Assembly: GCF_009914755.1 (NCBI RefSeq)
Contig: NC_060934.1
Direction: 5' to 3' (one strand)
DNA length: 64,000 nucleotides
Source of the DNA: the human T2T-CHM13v2.0 reference genome, Homo sapiens
Positions 1 through 18,214 of the stretch are shown here, piece by piece. The notes below the pieces were generated by a model, which searched no databases, was not told the origin of the DNA, and was given only the letters and a program-made list of their open reading frames with translations. Numbering within the stretch: the stretch's first letter is position 1; every line of letters starts with the position of its first letter. The position numbers and the translations under genes are program-made.

Positions 1-2249
1 AGTGAGTAAAAGAAAGTGAGTCAAGATGAGAGACTAAGCTTATATGTCTCTTCCTCATCTCTCCTAAAATCAGATGGTATTTCAGAAACATAAAACACTA
101 AAAACGTTGAAAAAACATATTTTTAGACCAAAAAATAAGGATCTGTAAAATAGACAACAGAAAAAATAGGAAAAGAATCTCTGCAAAAGAAGACTGCTCT
201 GGAAGTAATCTAGTGATCAAGAACCATCAACTGCTGAAGACAGTGAGTGTCATGAATGATAAAAAAGAATTTAATAAACAGAAAATAAAATGATTCCCAA
301 AGAGACTAAAGATAACAAATGATCAAAGATATTAAAATCAATAAATCAATACTGTTAGAAAAAAAGAGATAATGATTGCATCCAATTAAATAAGACAAGA
401 AGTCTTATATAGAACATATTTCTGAGAATCATAAGTAAAATATGAATTAATTGACAAAGGCCATAAAATTGAAAAAAAAGTCATAGCCCAAAGTAAAATT
501 GTCAGATATTCAAAATTTGTGTGTTGAAGGTAAGCTGCAAATTCGTCTAAGAGCTGCTTAAAAGCCAAAGCAAATTCCAAAATACAATTTGATACACAAA
601 TTACAGGGCTTACAAAATAATAAAACAAACAATTGATAAAGAGAAATTGCAGCTAGTCTCTTAGTGGAAGCTAAAAGAAAACTCTCCCACAGGTTTTCAT
701 AATGATAACATGCTCATCGACGTCTCTACAGCAAATATAATAACCGTGTTCATAAGAAGGTTTGTTAGCACATCCCTCAGGTCAAAAATGATTATTATTA
801 TTTGAAAGCATTTTTCCTTCCTCTCTTTAAATTTATATTAGCCTAGTGACCCTTGGCTTTTGTGGGAATGTACAGTATGACTCTACTTAGAAGTTACATT
901 GGTCCTGATGTCAGCTTATAAAACTCTCCTTTGCCTCAGGCTTCCTGTAAAATCCATCTGATCTCTTTTAATTGTCACCATGAATTCCTGATTCTAGATG
1001 GTGCCTCTAAAAGAATAACCAGGAGAATGCCTTTAGTCTCTAATAAAAACAGAGTATTTATGTGGAAGGGAAATGATAGAGACCAGTTTTGCAGCAAGTA
1101 AATTCTGAAACATTCCCTTATCTAGAATTACTTGGACAACAGAAGAAATTGTTTCTATGGCTGTGTTGATATAATAAAATGTAACTAAGCTTGTTATGAT
1201 AAATAATTTGCTATCAAATATATACAATTTATTTGAAAATAAGAGGAAAATAAAAGAAAAACAAACCTACATTCCTGTTGGAGTGCTGACAGCTTGATAG
1301 TAATACGAAACTATGATATTTCAATTCTTGTTGCTAGGGAGATTCTAGAGAACAGATATAAACACAGAAAAAGTCAAAGTAACTGGCACATTTTTATCAG
1401 TTAGCTTTAGTCCCAAAGCTGAGTTTTATGGATGTCAGCTTCCCCAGTCTTTCCCTCTGTTCCACCCCCTGTTGATAAAAAGAAGAGAATTCGGCATTTG
1501 GTATTAAATAATCACTACATGTGACATCAACTCCAGTGTATTCCAGAGGTTCAACAAAATTAGCCTATTGCAAGAAAGAGGAAGCCCCGACTAGCTAAGA
1601 GAAACTGACCAGTCTAAAAGTCTGACCTCTGGTCATAGCTAGCATTTTGACTTACTTTGTATGGTCAACTCTGCCAAGCTTTAATTTGGTTCTGATATTC
1701 AAAGAGAATTAATCCAGAAATGACAGAAGGAGCTCATGTATAAAGAGGAAGAAGGGTCATTGATCTGATCATGAGTTTATTTACAATAAGACATTAGCTT
1801 GTGGCTGATGATTCAGGAAAAGATTCACCTTTGCAGGAGGGGATGATGAAAAAGTCTAGGTAGCATGCCTAAGATTGGGCAAGTATACCAGGATTCAGAG
1901 ACAGATTTGTTTTCTGACTCACTCAAGGTCTAGGATGAATAAGCCACAAGGGAGAGGACTAGTCATATTGAATCCAATAGGGCAGGAAGCTGAGGTTAAT
2001 TTGATTGGCAGTCCAGGGTCTAAACCATACAAGTGGCACAGCAGATGCTAGGTCCATGGCATCAAGACTTATCCCAGACCTCATGCTTTGGTGTGCTGGA
2101 AAACCACTGGTGTATTTCCTGTCCTGGACAGGAATGTCTCAGGAAGTAGGCACGGTGTGACCTAAACACAGGAAGTCCCAGTACTTCTAATTTAGAGGGG
2201 ATAATAGAGTAGAAACTACATATTATGTCTGCATAAAGCAAAGACTAAT

Positions 2250-2658
2250 AACAGAAAAACCATGCAAGGGTTTTTAGAGGTCAAACAAGTAAAGAAACAG
2301 AGACATGGGAAGGGAGCTAGGAAAGGTGGGGGTGGGGAGACTGCCAAACCACATTGTTACATAGCAGTTGAATAAAGGAGAGAATGAAGGTTAGATGGAA
2401 GTCACCTAGGTAGTCCCAGGAAAAGTCAGCAAGGTCATCTGTGAGTTCTTGAGCCAAAGTTTAGCAGTCAGGGGAGTCTTGTGTCTCAAAGGAATGGGCC
2501 TGCCTTAGTATACCTGCTGTGCTCTATCATCGGCCAGAAGTCCTGAGAAGTGTGGTGTTAGCATAAACAGAGGAATGGATTTCATAGAACAACCAGGGCC
2601 CTTGCTTGATGATACTCTATGTTTAGAAGACTGCAAAGACATTCTTACGGTGCTATAG
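2250..2658 (-). mobile_element. ERVL solo LTR, LTR16-like, degraded
   Basis: The stretch 'gagccaaagt...ggagtcttgtgtctcaaaggaatgggcctgccttagtatacctgctgtgctc...atggatttcatagaac' resembles the reverse complement of the recalled LTR16-family consensus. Left boundary is approximate. Confidence 0.5.
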
Positions 2659-4282
2659 GCTGACTTAGCATTTCTCCTAATTTGGTGACTTAAGCTGGTA
2701 GAACAACATCAGTCAAGCTTGCCTAACACCTATTTCATAAATGTTTTGTAATTATTAGGTTATATAAGAAAGTATGTGTAATCTTTAAGATGAGAAAAAA
2801 AAGGAGACATAGAAAGTTTACTTACTAGTCCGAGTTGACCTTGCTAGGAAGTGAGCCAGTCAGTATATAAGGTAGAACATCCCTACTCCGGAGCCCACTT
2901 GCCGAAACACTGTACCTAATAAATGCCCACCTCTACTTGTTGGAACACCATCTGCTGAGGATAGAACAAAGAACCATCTCACAGCTCTGAATGCAGATTT
3001 GTCCCTATTGCTAATCATTATTTCATATCAGAGCAGGTCTTGGCTTTTGAGTATTAACAGAGACCCTGTGCGTGATTCATGAATCATAGGAAATGAGCTT
3101 TCCTTTGAATACTGGAGCATTTTGAAGAGAGGGAAAAATCAAAGTTGCCTGTGGTACTGGAGTTCAGTCAGGAATACAGGTTAAAACCAAAGGCTCTGTC
3201 TCATCATATAAGGTTATTATTTTCTATGTAACATCAGCAGAAATACCTGGGGGAGGAGATGTGAGCACGAATAGACAATACCATTTTTAAAACAAGAGTT
3301 ATAACAAAATATGTATTAAACTCTGTTTGTTATACCTATTTTGAAATACACAGAAAATATTTGGCTATTGAATTCAGCATTTATGATGTGATAATGACTT
3401 TTAATCACGTTTTCCTCCAATGTGCTATTCCCATAAATTGGGACTTTTATCTCATTTTACTATAGGCTAATTTTTGGTATATTTCAAAAAAAAATAAACC
3501 TGAGTTTGATAAATTATTTAGTAAGTGCTGGATAAACAATCTAGTACCCCTGTACATAAAACAACTTTAAATAAATAGTATTTTTGATAAATGAGTTCTG
3601 CCTGAATGATTTATCAACCTAATGCGGAATTGTCCTACAATTTCATAGCACTAGACATATTTAACATTTGAAGCTTTTATTGCAGGCTGCAAAATGAAGG
3701 CAAAAGTAGAAGTTATTTCCAATTGGAGGTTAAGAATTAGTTTTGTGTAAGTTGACAGCGTATGACTCAAATAACAGAAAATAAAGCAAAAGCAATAAAG
3801 ACACAAAACTTTACTTAAATCTGGACTCATGAAATGACTCATGTTTGCTGAGCAAAAGAAAAAAAATACCATTAGTATTAACTAAACTTACTTAACACTA
3901 AACCAAAATGTGATTCCTCATATCATAAACTTTCTCAGCAGTCTCCTGTCTACTTTTATTTAGTTAGCTGAGCATTAAGCAGCATTAAAGATCTTTGGTA
4001 CAGTTTGAATAGGAAGAAAATTCTATAGCTAAGAGGTATACCAAGTATACCACCCAAAATCAGCCTCAGGAAGATGAAATTGCAGAAGTTTACAAGCTTA
4101 AGGGACTTACTTCATTGGCTCATAGGTTGCTATGACAAGTGAAATGATGCAATCAATTATACAAACTTAAAACCATATTAAACATTACCAATATAAATTG
4201 TGAAATAATTTTTAGTCCAGCTAAGGTAACATGCTGGTATCAATTTGGAGTTCTAAATACATAACATGCAAGCTATAAGATA

Positions 4283-4430
4283 CATACTCATTTACTCACT
4301 TAATTAAACATGTATTAAAATATTTTCTATGCCTGATACTATGCTAGTCACATGGGCTGCTATGGTAAATAACACAGGACTATTTTATGCACATGTTGAA
4401 TTTTAATCTAATGGGTGAAACTAGCATTAA
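4283..4430 (-). mobile_element. L2 3' end fragment
   Basis: 'catttactcacttaattaaacatgtattaaaa...ctatgcctgatactatgctag' resembles an antisense L2 3' terminus. Confidence 0.5.
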
Positions 4431-4589
4431 TAATGGTGTGTATAATAAATAAAAATTGTGCTTCCAAACATAGAGACAACTGAAAATTATGTATTTCTCA
4501 ATGGAAGTACACAAGACCAGCTATTACTATAATATGCTTATTGCCCCTCAATTGGCACAAATCTGAGAAAGGCTCTGAAACTAATCATC

Positions 4590-5075
4590 AGTTCAAAGAT
4601 AATACATGAGAAGAGGGAAATATGTTAAATAACACCATAGGGATACATTCTGCAAAATTCAGACTGCAAGAGAATTTACAGGGCAAATGCACTAGATTTA
4701 AGAAATTAATTTTTAAAATGAAATAATATAGGAAATAATTAAGACTCTTCAAAGATATATTAAGTAATTGTAATGCTTGAACTCTTATCATATTGATCAT
4801 CAAATAAGAAACAGAGAAACTGTCTACATGGTTAACACTAATAGAATATTGAATATTATTAATTTTAGATTTGAAAATGACTTTTTTTCTAAAAAGACAT
4901 ACATTAGAAACATATACTGCCATGTTTATTGATGGAATAATATGATGTCTGAGATTTGCTTCAAAATAGTCTCAAGTTTATTATTGCAGATGAGTATGAG
5001 TGAAATAAGACTGACAAGTTGTCAATCACTGATGTTTGATGTTGAATATGTGTAGGTTTATTATGATAATTTATT
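4590..5075 (+). mobile_element. Old L1 (L1MC/ME-type) 3' UTR fragment
   Basis: 'gatggaataatatgatgtctgagatttgcttcaaaatag...gaaataagactgacaagttg' is typical of L1MC/ME 3' ends. Confidence 0.55.
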
Positions 5076-5149
5076 TTGAAGCTAAGAGGCTTAGTTACAC
5101 TGTAGATGGAAAATAAAGTATGAAAGAGAGAAAATTGCAAGAAGAGTGT

Positions 5150-5473
5150 GGATGAATTGTTGGTATCTTAGAAACCTTGTTAAGTATTTTGAGAACACTC
5201 TTACAATTAATGAGAAGTCATCAAAAAGATTTAAGCAAGAAAGCAACAAAATTAAATTTAGTTTTGGGAAAGAACATTGTCTCTTTCTTAGCAATGAATT
5301 AGAGGAGGGCAAGAATGGAGAGGATACTGCAATACTTCAGGTTAGGAAATAATGATGGGAATACATACATAGTAAACTGAATAGGTTCAAGAGATGCTTA
5401 GATAATAACATCACCAGTAACTGGCAGTTCACTAGATACACAGGGTTGTGTAGAAAGAGATGACAAGGGTAAT
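5150..5473 (-). mobile_element. L2 fragment, split by the L1PA insertion (continues at about 8658-8950)
   Basis: Antisense L2-like motifs 'gagaagtcatcaaaaagatttaagcaag' and 'gaggtcagttctggactacaaaatttgaagcac...acatccaagt' lie on either side of the L1. Confidence 0.55.
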
Positions 5474-5483
5474 TCCTATGATT

Positions 5484-8648
<3,165 letters not shown>

Positions 8649-8969
8649 TATGATTCTAATTCACACAATCGAATGTTGGTATCATACACCAAGATATAGA
8701 AGATGACCTGTTTGAGGGGCAATTCTCATGAGGTCAGTTCTGGACTACAAAATTTGAAGCACATTTATGACATCCAAGTTGAGGGCCAAAATAGTTTTAT
8801 ATAATAATCTATAGCTTAGAAAGAGGTACCTTGGTTAGAAATAGAAATTGAAGACTCTCGAGGAGATAAAATGGCAGAAAAAAATTGTGAATATAAACAG
8901 ATCCTTCATTTAAGCCCTGAGAAATAACACTCCTTAAGGTGAAGGTGGAGAATTTTCCTTCTCATTAAG

Positions 8970-9384
8970 TGTCTTAGTCCATTTTGTGTCACTGTAAAAG
9001 AATACTTGAAAAGTGTTAATTTATAAAGAGAAGAGGTTTCTTTGGCTCACAGATCTGCAGGCTGTACAAGAAGCAAGGTACCAACAACTGCCTGGCTTCT
9101 GTTTAAGGCCTCAGGCTGCTTCCACTTATGATAGAGGTCACATGTACAGAGATGGCAAGAGCAGAAGGAAGAGAGAGGAAAAGGTGCTAGGCTCTTTTTA
9201 ACAACCAGCTATCATGGGAACTCATAAAGCAACAACTCACTCACTTTCCACTCTCAGGAAGAATAATCTATTCATGAGGGATTTGCCCCCATGAGCCAAA
9301 CACCTCCCATTAGGACCCATCTCCAACACTGGGGATCAAATTTTAACATACGGTTTGGTGGGGACAAATATTGAAACTATAGCT
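8970..9384 (-). mobile_element. MaLR solo LTR (MSTB-like)
   Basis: Begins 'tgtcttagtccattttgtg', contains 'ggctcacagatctgcaggctgtacaagaagc' and ends 'aaactatagct'. Near-TSD ttaag/gtaag. Confidence 0.85.
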
Positions 9385-10249
9385 GTAAGATATAACAAGT
9401 CATTGAACTCATTGAGCATTCATTAAACATAAAGTGGGTAACTTATACAAATTATAGTTTTAAAATATTAGAGAATGATGCAGGAAACATGGACTATATG
9501 ACTCATATTTCCAGAGGGATTATTTTCAAAGACAACTGAGTGTTCTAATTCTTTCCCTGAAGGCATTTGCTGATTGTGTGCATTAACTGAGAATCAGGTC
9601 TGGCCCAAACAAACATAGTATATTGGAGAAATGAGAAACCAACATGTGGTTGTCACGTACACCTGAGGTGACAGTCTAGAACCCTGAGTCACCTGAATAA
9701 GCACCAGTTTTTCTATTGTTCTCTCCTAAGGCTGTGTGTAGAATGCTGCAGGGTCATGCTAAAAGTGGTATATGATCTCTTGTAATCTTGCCAACTTTTA
9801 TAGGCAAATTCTTCTATGAGAAGGGTGTCTGCTTCAAACATGTGTCTGACATTGCCATTGGGATTGTTACCAGAGGTGAAGCTGCAGAAGATGGGAAAAT
9901 AAGACTTAAAGACAAAATATTAGAAGAGCGTAATTAAAAGTCTTTTATTCTTGTAGCAATGAGAAGACCAGTATTTGCCAGGTTATCAAACAAAAGGACA
10001 GGAGAGGTGCATATGGAGTACTGACAAACCAAAGTTGTGCTAAATCTTACTGTAATTGCAATACATTCCACATGTATTGGGGAGAGCAGGCTCATGTATT
10101 ATATAACAGATGAGAACAGGGCTCTCTCTGGAAGGAGATATCGTTTACAGGCTCCACACATCTATTATATACAACATATGGCTTAAAATAAAAAAAAAAA
10201 ACTACTTGATGGGCAAAAAGACAGAAAAAAAGTAACATTATAAAGATGA

Positions 10250-11290
10250 AGAAAAAAGCATACTGCAGAAGTAGACTCTCTCGTGACTGAGATATTGGAG
10301 TTAGCATACAAGGGATTTATATAATAACTATGACTAAGAAAATAGAGGATGATTACATTAAATGGGAAAAAGATAGAAAATGTCAACAAAGAAATCAGTG
10401 TCCACAAGGAAAAATTGAACAAACATTTTAGAACTGAAAAAAATAATATTGGGAAAATAAAACTCATTACCTAGATTTGATAGGCAAATAAACAGAAGAC
10501 TAGATTAGAAAATTTGAAGCTGGGTCAATGGAAATTTGAAATTGAAACATAAGGAAAAATAATGAATAAAAATCATGTAGTGTAAGCAGCATATGAAACA
10601 AGTGAATGAAAAGGTCGTATGAGTATACGTTTTACTGGCATTAAAAGGATACAAAAAACATGTTATGAATAGCTTTGTGCCAGTAAACTCAGCACTCTAT
10701 ATAAATTGATCCATTTCTTGAGGAAAGAAACTTGTCAAATTTGACAAGTAAATTTTTTTTTATAATGAAACAACTTTGTGTCCCTTGAAGAAATTTAATT
10801 TATAATGAAAACCTGAACAGCAATGACAACAAAACCAAACTCTCTGAGCCAAGGTGATTTCATAGGAAAAATTTTACAAATATTTAAAAATATATATATA
10901 ACTTATTTATTCTAGAAGAAAGCAGAATAGAATATTTTGCAACTGATCTTGTGAAGCCAATATACTATTGCTTTCAAAATCTGATAATGTTATGAGTAGA
11001 AATTAATAAATTAGTACCTCATAAATGCGTACACAAAAATGCTAAATGAAATAATATTAATCAATAGCAAATTATACCGCAACATCCTCAAGTAAGTATT
11101 TACTTTGTGTATTCAAGATGGTTTTCTCATTTGAAAAGTCAATCAGTTTAAGCAAATATACTAACAAAATTAAGGATAAAATATTTAAACATCACAACAA
11201 ATACAGGAAAGTTATTTTGTGAAATTCAACACTCACTCATATAAAAATGTTGGACATAGTAAGAATAGAGAAAGCTTCCTCTGAGATTAA
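10250..11290 (+). mobile_element. Highly degraded ancient L1M ORF1/ORF2 fragments
   Basis: A-rich, with ORF2-like relics such as 'atgaatagctttgtgccagtaaactc', 'gtgaagccaatatactattg' and 'gtgaaattcaacactcactcat'. Confidence 0.6.
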
Positions 11291-12334
11291 AAAATATAGG
11301 GAAATAAAGGTATAGATACTGAAAAGAAGTCAATTTTGTTCACTTCTGTCTGAAAAACAACACCATGCCTGGTGCATAGATTCTCAATGTTTAATTAATT
11401 AATATTCATGCTTAACTTGTCTTGACCTTGGGGTGTCATGTAAGAAGATAAGATATGAAAGGCATTTTCTCTATCAAAACATCAAATGGAATCTTAGAAA
11501 CTGTTTAAGTTTCCAGAATTTATTTCATATATAAAATTAAACTCAAAGGATTATATAAAGAATGATCAAAAACTCGTGGGGGGGAATGATAGTCTAAAAT
11601 GCAGATGTTTTCATATTCCAGAATGAGTATAGCTACAAATACACTTTTTAAAGACAATAGTTTAAAATTTCTATAGCAGGAATGAAGAACAAATTATATC
11701 AGAAAATTATTTTCCACAACTGTCAGGTACCAATTTTCTAGCAACCAGAAAGGAGGTACAGAATTATCTCCATAGTAACTGCTATTAAATTATTCTAGCA
11801 TAATATTGCTAACAAAAGATGTATATCAGGCAGGGGATATGGCCTGTCCTACAATTTGTTTCTCTGAGACACTGACCTAACACTTCTCACATGTAATCTG
11901 GGAAAGAATAGAGCACAGTTTGCTGTGATGGCTGCCTGGAGAGAGAAAATAATTCTGACTTACAATCACCCCAGCTTCTCCTGGGAAATGTCCCATCTAA
12001 CTCCATTTTTCAGCATGATATACATGACCCAAAATACAGTGATGAGTGCCAGCTGGGATTTTCATGCCTTTGAATTTGGGAAATTATTTTTATTGCTAAA
12101 AATTTTGTTATTATCTTTCACATTAATTTTGGCCATTATATATAAGATGTTTTGATTTTTTTGTTCCCTGTCTGCATGAAAGCAGAAACATTACAGGCCT
12201 CTTTTTCTGTTTTCCACAAAAGAAATAATTTTGAAGGAAATTACAAAAATGAATAGTCAAGTACTGCAGGCTGGGAGTAATTATCCATCCCATGTACCCT
12301 GGTTGGTCGCCTGTGCTCACCAGATACAGACTAA

Positions 12335-12470
12335 AGAATCTCTCACTGTGGTGCTTGGGCATTACCATAGCACCAACTGTCATGGCCTCCCTCCTGGTCT
12401 CTCTGCTTTCATTCTTGCTCAATGCAACTTATTCTCCACTCAACAGCCAGAGTGAGTTTTTAAAACAAGT
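12335..12470 (+). mobile_element. L2 fragment
   Basis: 'gcctccctcctggtctctctgctttcattcttgctc...attctccactcaacagccagagtgagtttttaaaac' matches L2 consensus-like sequence. Confidence 0.6.
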
Positions 12471-13639
12471 TTTATCCAAAACACTTGAAGAAAATATTCC
12501 AGGTGTTTAACAGGTGAATGTTTACACAAATGTGGTACATATGCTGGATGTTTCCAAAAAGGAAGCTAATTCTGCTACTCTAGCCATCGACCATTGGACC
12601 AGGGACAGGAGCATGAACAAAAAGACTTCACACATGGATTGGACATGAAGGAACCAGACCCGCAGTGGCTTTGTGTGAAAATCTGACCAATGTTAGTTAG
12701 CACTCAATTTTTAAGTAGTATCAAATGTTCAGAGACTGTTTGTCAGAAAATAAACTCAATAAAAAATGAAAACAACAATGTGGGTAATTATGAGATGTTA
12801 CTAATGATATCATAATATCTTTCCTGGTTTACTTTAAGGCCTTTATATAATCCATTCTTGAGAGCACTTGAATCTAGATTTCCTGATAAAATGACTTACT
12901 TTTATAGCCTATAGTTTAAAATATTTTAAAATAATTCCTCTCCTATTATTAAATATTTTCTATAAGTGTCTTCCTTGACAAGCTTCTCAGATATCTTACA
13001 TAAATACATATTTCTAGGACTACCAAGATGCTCAATTTCAGCACCCCTTTTTGGTTTCCATATTTTATTAAGAAGCCTTGACTATATCTTCATTCTTTTT
13101 CTGGTATTTTCCTGATTCAAAGACCAACTCTCCTAGTACATGCACTCTATCTCTCCGTTCTAACATAGATAAACACAACTATTATTGTAAAAGTCAATGA
13201 TCTCTTTAGTGAAGTTACCCAACTCTGTTCTTGGTAATTTGGGTGTGTGTGTGAATCATGCATCCTCAGATACCTTGCCATAAATGTGAGCATGTGATAT
13301 CAGCAGGCTGATGAAGAGCACACTATACCTAACCCCTTCGTCAACACAGTCTTGTTAACAATGACATTAGAGTCATTTTGTGGACTAGACTTAATGGACA
13401 TAAAAATTTTACCAAATGATTTGTTTAGGACATAAGAAATTATTCCAGAATCATTAGTCTAAGAAAACCGTTTGGAATGTGGAGCTAAGAGATGCAAGAA
13501 ACAAAGTTGATGAGATCACCTGAGCCACCAAACCTGTTCCTGAAGTTAAATCCACACTTTGCCAAATCTAGATGCCCTCTTCTGTGACTCCTCAATCCAA
13601 TCAATCAATCAATCACAGCCACAAAATGGTGCCATTGTA

Positions 13640-13870
13640 ACACATTCTGAAATGTGTCTTGACTCTGTTGTCTGCCCTTTCTCCACACTTCACTTGTTTG
13701 TTCTGGCTTCCTTTATCTCTCACCTGTTTCTTGAAATAGCCACTAATTTCCAGTCTCTCTTCTCCCTGTATCAGGCATGTCCTCCATACTATCACCAGCC
13801 ATTCCTCTGTATCACAAAATATGACTAAGTGTTGGTCTATCTAAAAGAGATCTAGGGCTTCCACTGCCCA
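13640..13870 (+). mobile_element. L2 fragment
   Basis: Pyrimidine-rich L2-like text 'atctctcacctg...aatagccactaatttccagtctctc...ctccatactatcaccag'. Confidence 0.45.
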
Positions 13871-13872
13871 TT

Positions 13873-14065
13873 GCAGTGATTTCTAATGACTGGGATTTTT
13901 ATTTGAGCTATGGAGGGAACAGACTTACATTTCCTTTTTATCTTTGATCCATTTTACCAAAAAAGAGTAAATTGGTCTGGGAAGGGGCTCTGAATTCTGA
14001 TTTTTAAAAGCATACAGGTGATTTTGATATAGGTTTCCTTCAAATGACTCCTTAGAAAACTATGA
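13873..14065. mobile_element. MER5-like hAT-Charlie DNA transposon relic
   Basis: 'cagtgatttctaa...attggtctgggaaggggctctgaattctgatttttaaaagcatacaggtgattttgata...gaaaactatg'. Confidence 0.55.
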
Positions 14066-15149
14066 CTATGGCCTTTTAGAAGAAACATTCTGCCTCCTGT
14101 AACTTAACTACTGACTCATAATTCTCCACTGGCTTGTCAATTCTGTTAACTAAACACAGCATTCCATCTAACTCTGAAAGCCCAGTTCATGTGAATTGTG
14201 GACTTTCTGAACTAAAGACTTTACCACACATATTTTTCTTGTCTTTGTGTTTGAATCTCTGCCAGATATTTTGTGTAATGTTTCAAAATGGCACTCATGC
14301 ACAATTGGGTCTGGAAAGGTGAGTTATATATTACTTTACACAGAAAAGTGAATATAAATTTGTAACTCCTTTCTTTGAAATAATTACTTAATATGTGCTA
14401 AATTTATTTTAGGTACTAAATTTAAATTCATATATGATGCTTTTATAATTCATATTTGAGATTTTTGGTGAATATTTGCATATTTACATATTTAAAAATA
14501 TTTCATATTTTAATATTTTAATGTTATTAAATATATTTTTAAATATCCCATCTTTGAAACATATTGTATCCTGTTATATATGTGTCATAATATGGTTTAA
14601 CTAAAAGCAATATAATCTGATGTGAAAGCATTAATCAGAGAAATGAAGGAAAATTGGAAGATTTTACTAAGAAATAAGCATAATTTCACAGCTAAAATGA
14701 GTTGACAGATATAAGCAAAAAGATGAAACTCAGTGAATTAAAGAGGTTAAAATAGAGATCGAATAATCTGTCGAACAGATGAGTTTTCATATATGAATAA
14801 AATAAGGAAAGTTAGAGGAAGGAAATGGATAAGAGAAATATCTGCATGACAGTACCATCTATAGATAACAAAATATGAGCTATTACTACCATGAAAGATC
14901 GGTGTTTAAAATCTTGAGTTTCTCTTCCATGAGTTGTATGCTAATTTCAGCCTCTTAGATGAGGACAGAAAATGAAGCTGGAGCAGGGAATGGCACCTCG
15001 CCAGGGGATATACTGCTCCTACTATGCTTCATTTCTTTCTTACTGGCTGCATTAGTTTTTAGCTTTTTCACTTCTATGACTCCCCATATTGTTTGCAGAA
15101 TTGCACTGATCTACATATGACCGTAAGGTTTTTAATTAACCTACTGTGA

Positions 15150-15365
15150 ATTCAAACTTCAGCTCCGTATTTGTTTGTTACTTGGGTAATCTTGACCAAG
15201 TCATGGCATCTTCCTAAGAAGGTACCCTTGTATGTAAAATAGGTATGTTAATAGTACCCTACTTACAAATGCATTGTGGGGATTAAATCAGTTCATGTAT
15301 GTAAACATACATAAACCTGGGCCTTCTGTGGGTTAACCATTCTATCAATATTGACTGTTATTATT
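15150..15365 (+). mobile_element. MIR SINE
   Basis: MIR core 'cttgaccaagtca...tgtaaaataggtatgttaatagtaccctac...ttgtggggattaaat'. Confidence 0.7.
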
Positions 15366-15647
15366 ACCATCATTAGCAGTGACTTGGTTAGAATGCTTTT
15401 TGAATTAGTTATCTTGATAAGCCTTTAATTCCTAAAGACTCTTACACCTAAATTTCAGAGTGTTAGAGTTTCTTTAGTTCTTATAATACTCTACTTCTTC
15501 ACCAGGTTTATCATGTCAGAAAATGTCTTTGTCTTTTCCTCGTTTTCCCCAGTTCTCCTATTTTATCACGCTTTTTGTTTTTCCTGGCCTTGATGTTGGG
15601 GACAGTCATTATTCAGCCAAATATGAATATGGTAGAGTTTAAGTCTT

Positions 15648-16047
<400 letters not shown>

Positions 16048-18214
16048 TAGGACTCATGGCTGAAACACTGCTGTGATGGTCAGACATTTTTGAAAAGCTT
16101 CAGCTAACTGGCTAAAGAACACAGCTGCTGAGCTCAGACAAGAGAGGAAATAACTTCATTTTGCTGAGACTTCAAGATGTGATTTCATGTGTTCTGTGTG
16201 GGGTTGAATAGGAACAGCAGATAAAGGCTTTGGGAGTGTTTCAAGTTCTGTCCTTCCCTAAACTCTTCTAATAGCAAGCAAAACCTTGTTTTCTGTGGAC
16301 AGCTTCACTTTTTAAAGGACTATTTATTCCCACAAAGACTCCTATATTTACAGGCTCCTCATGATTGCCACCAGCCTAGAAAAGTAGTTGTTCTTTGAAC
16401 TGGCAAGGCTGACTTTTTGACCACTTCCTCTATGTCCTTCTTTAGACTCCTGTCCTTGCACTTCATTAGATTAGGCCAGGGGAAAATAGACCCCCAGCTC
16501 CACACAACTTCTCACAGTCTGATACCTGAGGTCAAGATGGTGTCTCTTGTGGGATACCTCAGTGACCCAACCTAGGAAAGAGAGCCCATTGGGACTTTGT
16601 CCATTTCCTCAAGATACTTAATGATGCAACTCTGTGAAGATGAAGGAGAAACAAGCTGAAATATTCCAAATATCAAAGAGAGCACATTTTATGGTATGGA
16701 GTAAAAATCAATTTAATTCCACTATTTTCTAATTTAGATTGCGCCATTTATCTCTGTCCTTACTTAAGCTGCGATTTAACATAGATTTAAAATTCCTTAT
16801 TAAAATATGCTTCTAAGAAGCAGCCAGATGGACATAAATTGACTTTGAGGAGATACCCCTTTGCTTTACTTTTGCTTATTGAAGCCGCACACTTGGCAGA
16901 CAAGATCCCATGTTAACAATTGCACCTCCCCCAGCGCTTGTGCCTTGAAAAAGAGATGGTAACAGTATTTGAAACCAACCAAGAATATCAAATGTGGCAG
17001 GGCAATGCATGAATAAACTATTAGAGTATAAAATATTTAGCTTGCATGTTGCCAAGGTGTATGAAAAAGCTGGGGTGGGATGTACGAACCATTTCCTGAA
17101 GTTCAGTCCTGCACCACATCCCAGAAGATAGATTATAGGCTCCAGAGCTGAACTATGGTGCTAATCATTTCAACTCAGCTTTTTGCTCTTTTACTGTATA
17201 ATAGTAAAATTTAAAAAGTGTGAAGATTTATAGACAAAAATTCAGGGTTTTATTGTTGTGCAAATACCCAAAGAATCAGAGCCAGAAAATATTGTTTGAA
17301 TGACTATTAAGTCATTGTAACAATTATTAAACTTCCTGCACTATGCTGAGGACATTGGGATATCCAGATATTTTTCGAAGAGTGTAAAATTTATATGAGA
17401 GTATAAGATTAATCTGAGAAAAAATCAGGAATCAGAAGAGGGTGCAAAAAGACATTAGAGGCTTAAATATAAAAGATATTTGGAGAGGTTGCCTATCAAA
17501 ATTCTACCAAGCCAGGTAAATAAAGTGATCTCATCTAAAGTCTATGCATATGAAGATGCCTACATTTTCATGAAAGGTGTACATTAAAATGTCAAGTAGT
17601 TATAGCAAATGTTATCCCAGATCCCATCATCAATATACTTTAATGCAAATTTCAAAGGGACCTCTGGAAAAGTAGCAATGACTGTTCATTTCTAGCTAGT
17701 AAGGGTGAGCATATGCTGTGCTTAGTATTAGATCTATTTGTGTTACGTGGGAGCATCTCCAGAAACTCTAACTATCCAACAAGAAAGTGTATATCCTATG
17801 CTTTCATTTCTCTGCACATTTGCCTGTGTGAGACACTCACCAGGAAGGCTTTCATCATTTCCCACTATCTATGAAAACCTTTCTTGTTCTTCAATGTTCA
17901 CTTCAAATTCTACTTATTAGGAAACTTTCTCAAATGTTAGAACTCTCCATCGTTCATTTAGATTTCCTGTGTTTCGCTTGCCTCCTCAAGCGAATCATAT
18001 GTGTTTGAAGAGAAAAGGCTATGCGTGGCAGAGATAATGCTAAATGCTAAGTGTTCCCCAAATCTTCTCATTTACCTCCAGGAGACACATGAAAATGACA
18101 TTCCAGCCTTTTGTCGCTATGTAGGGAAAAATGACTAATTTTGATTAGTGGAATGTGGGGAAAACAATTTTCAAATGTGGCTTGTAAAAATTCCACATCT
18201 TTATTTTCTTTCTC

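Noticed and set aside
1-640. A-rich start of the window as an L1 ORF1 relic
   Set aside because: The composition is suggestive, but I could not match diagnostic motifs, so it is left uncalled.
14390-14560. Extremely AT-rich tract (also about 38110-38200) as a matrix-attachment or unwinding element
   Set aside because: It is low-complexity sequence only, and no function can be supported from the sequence.
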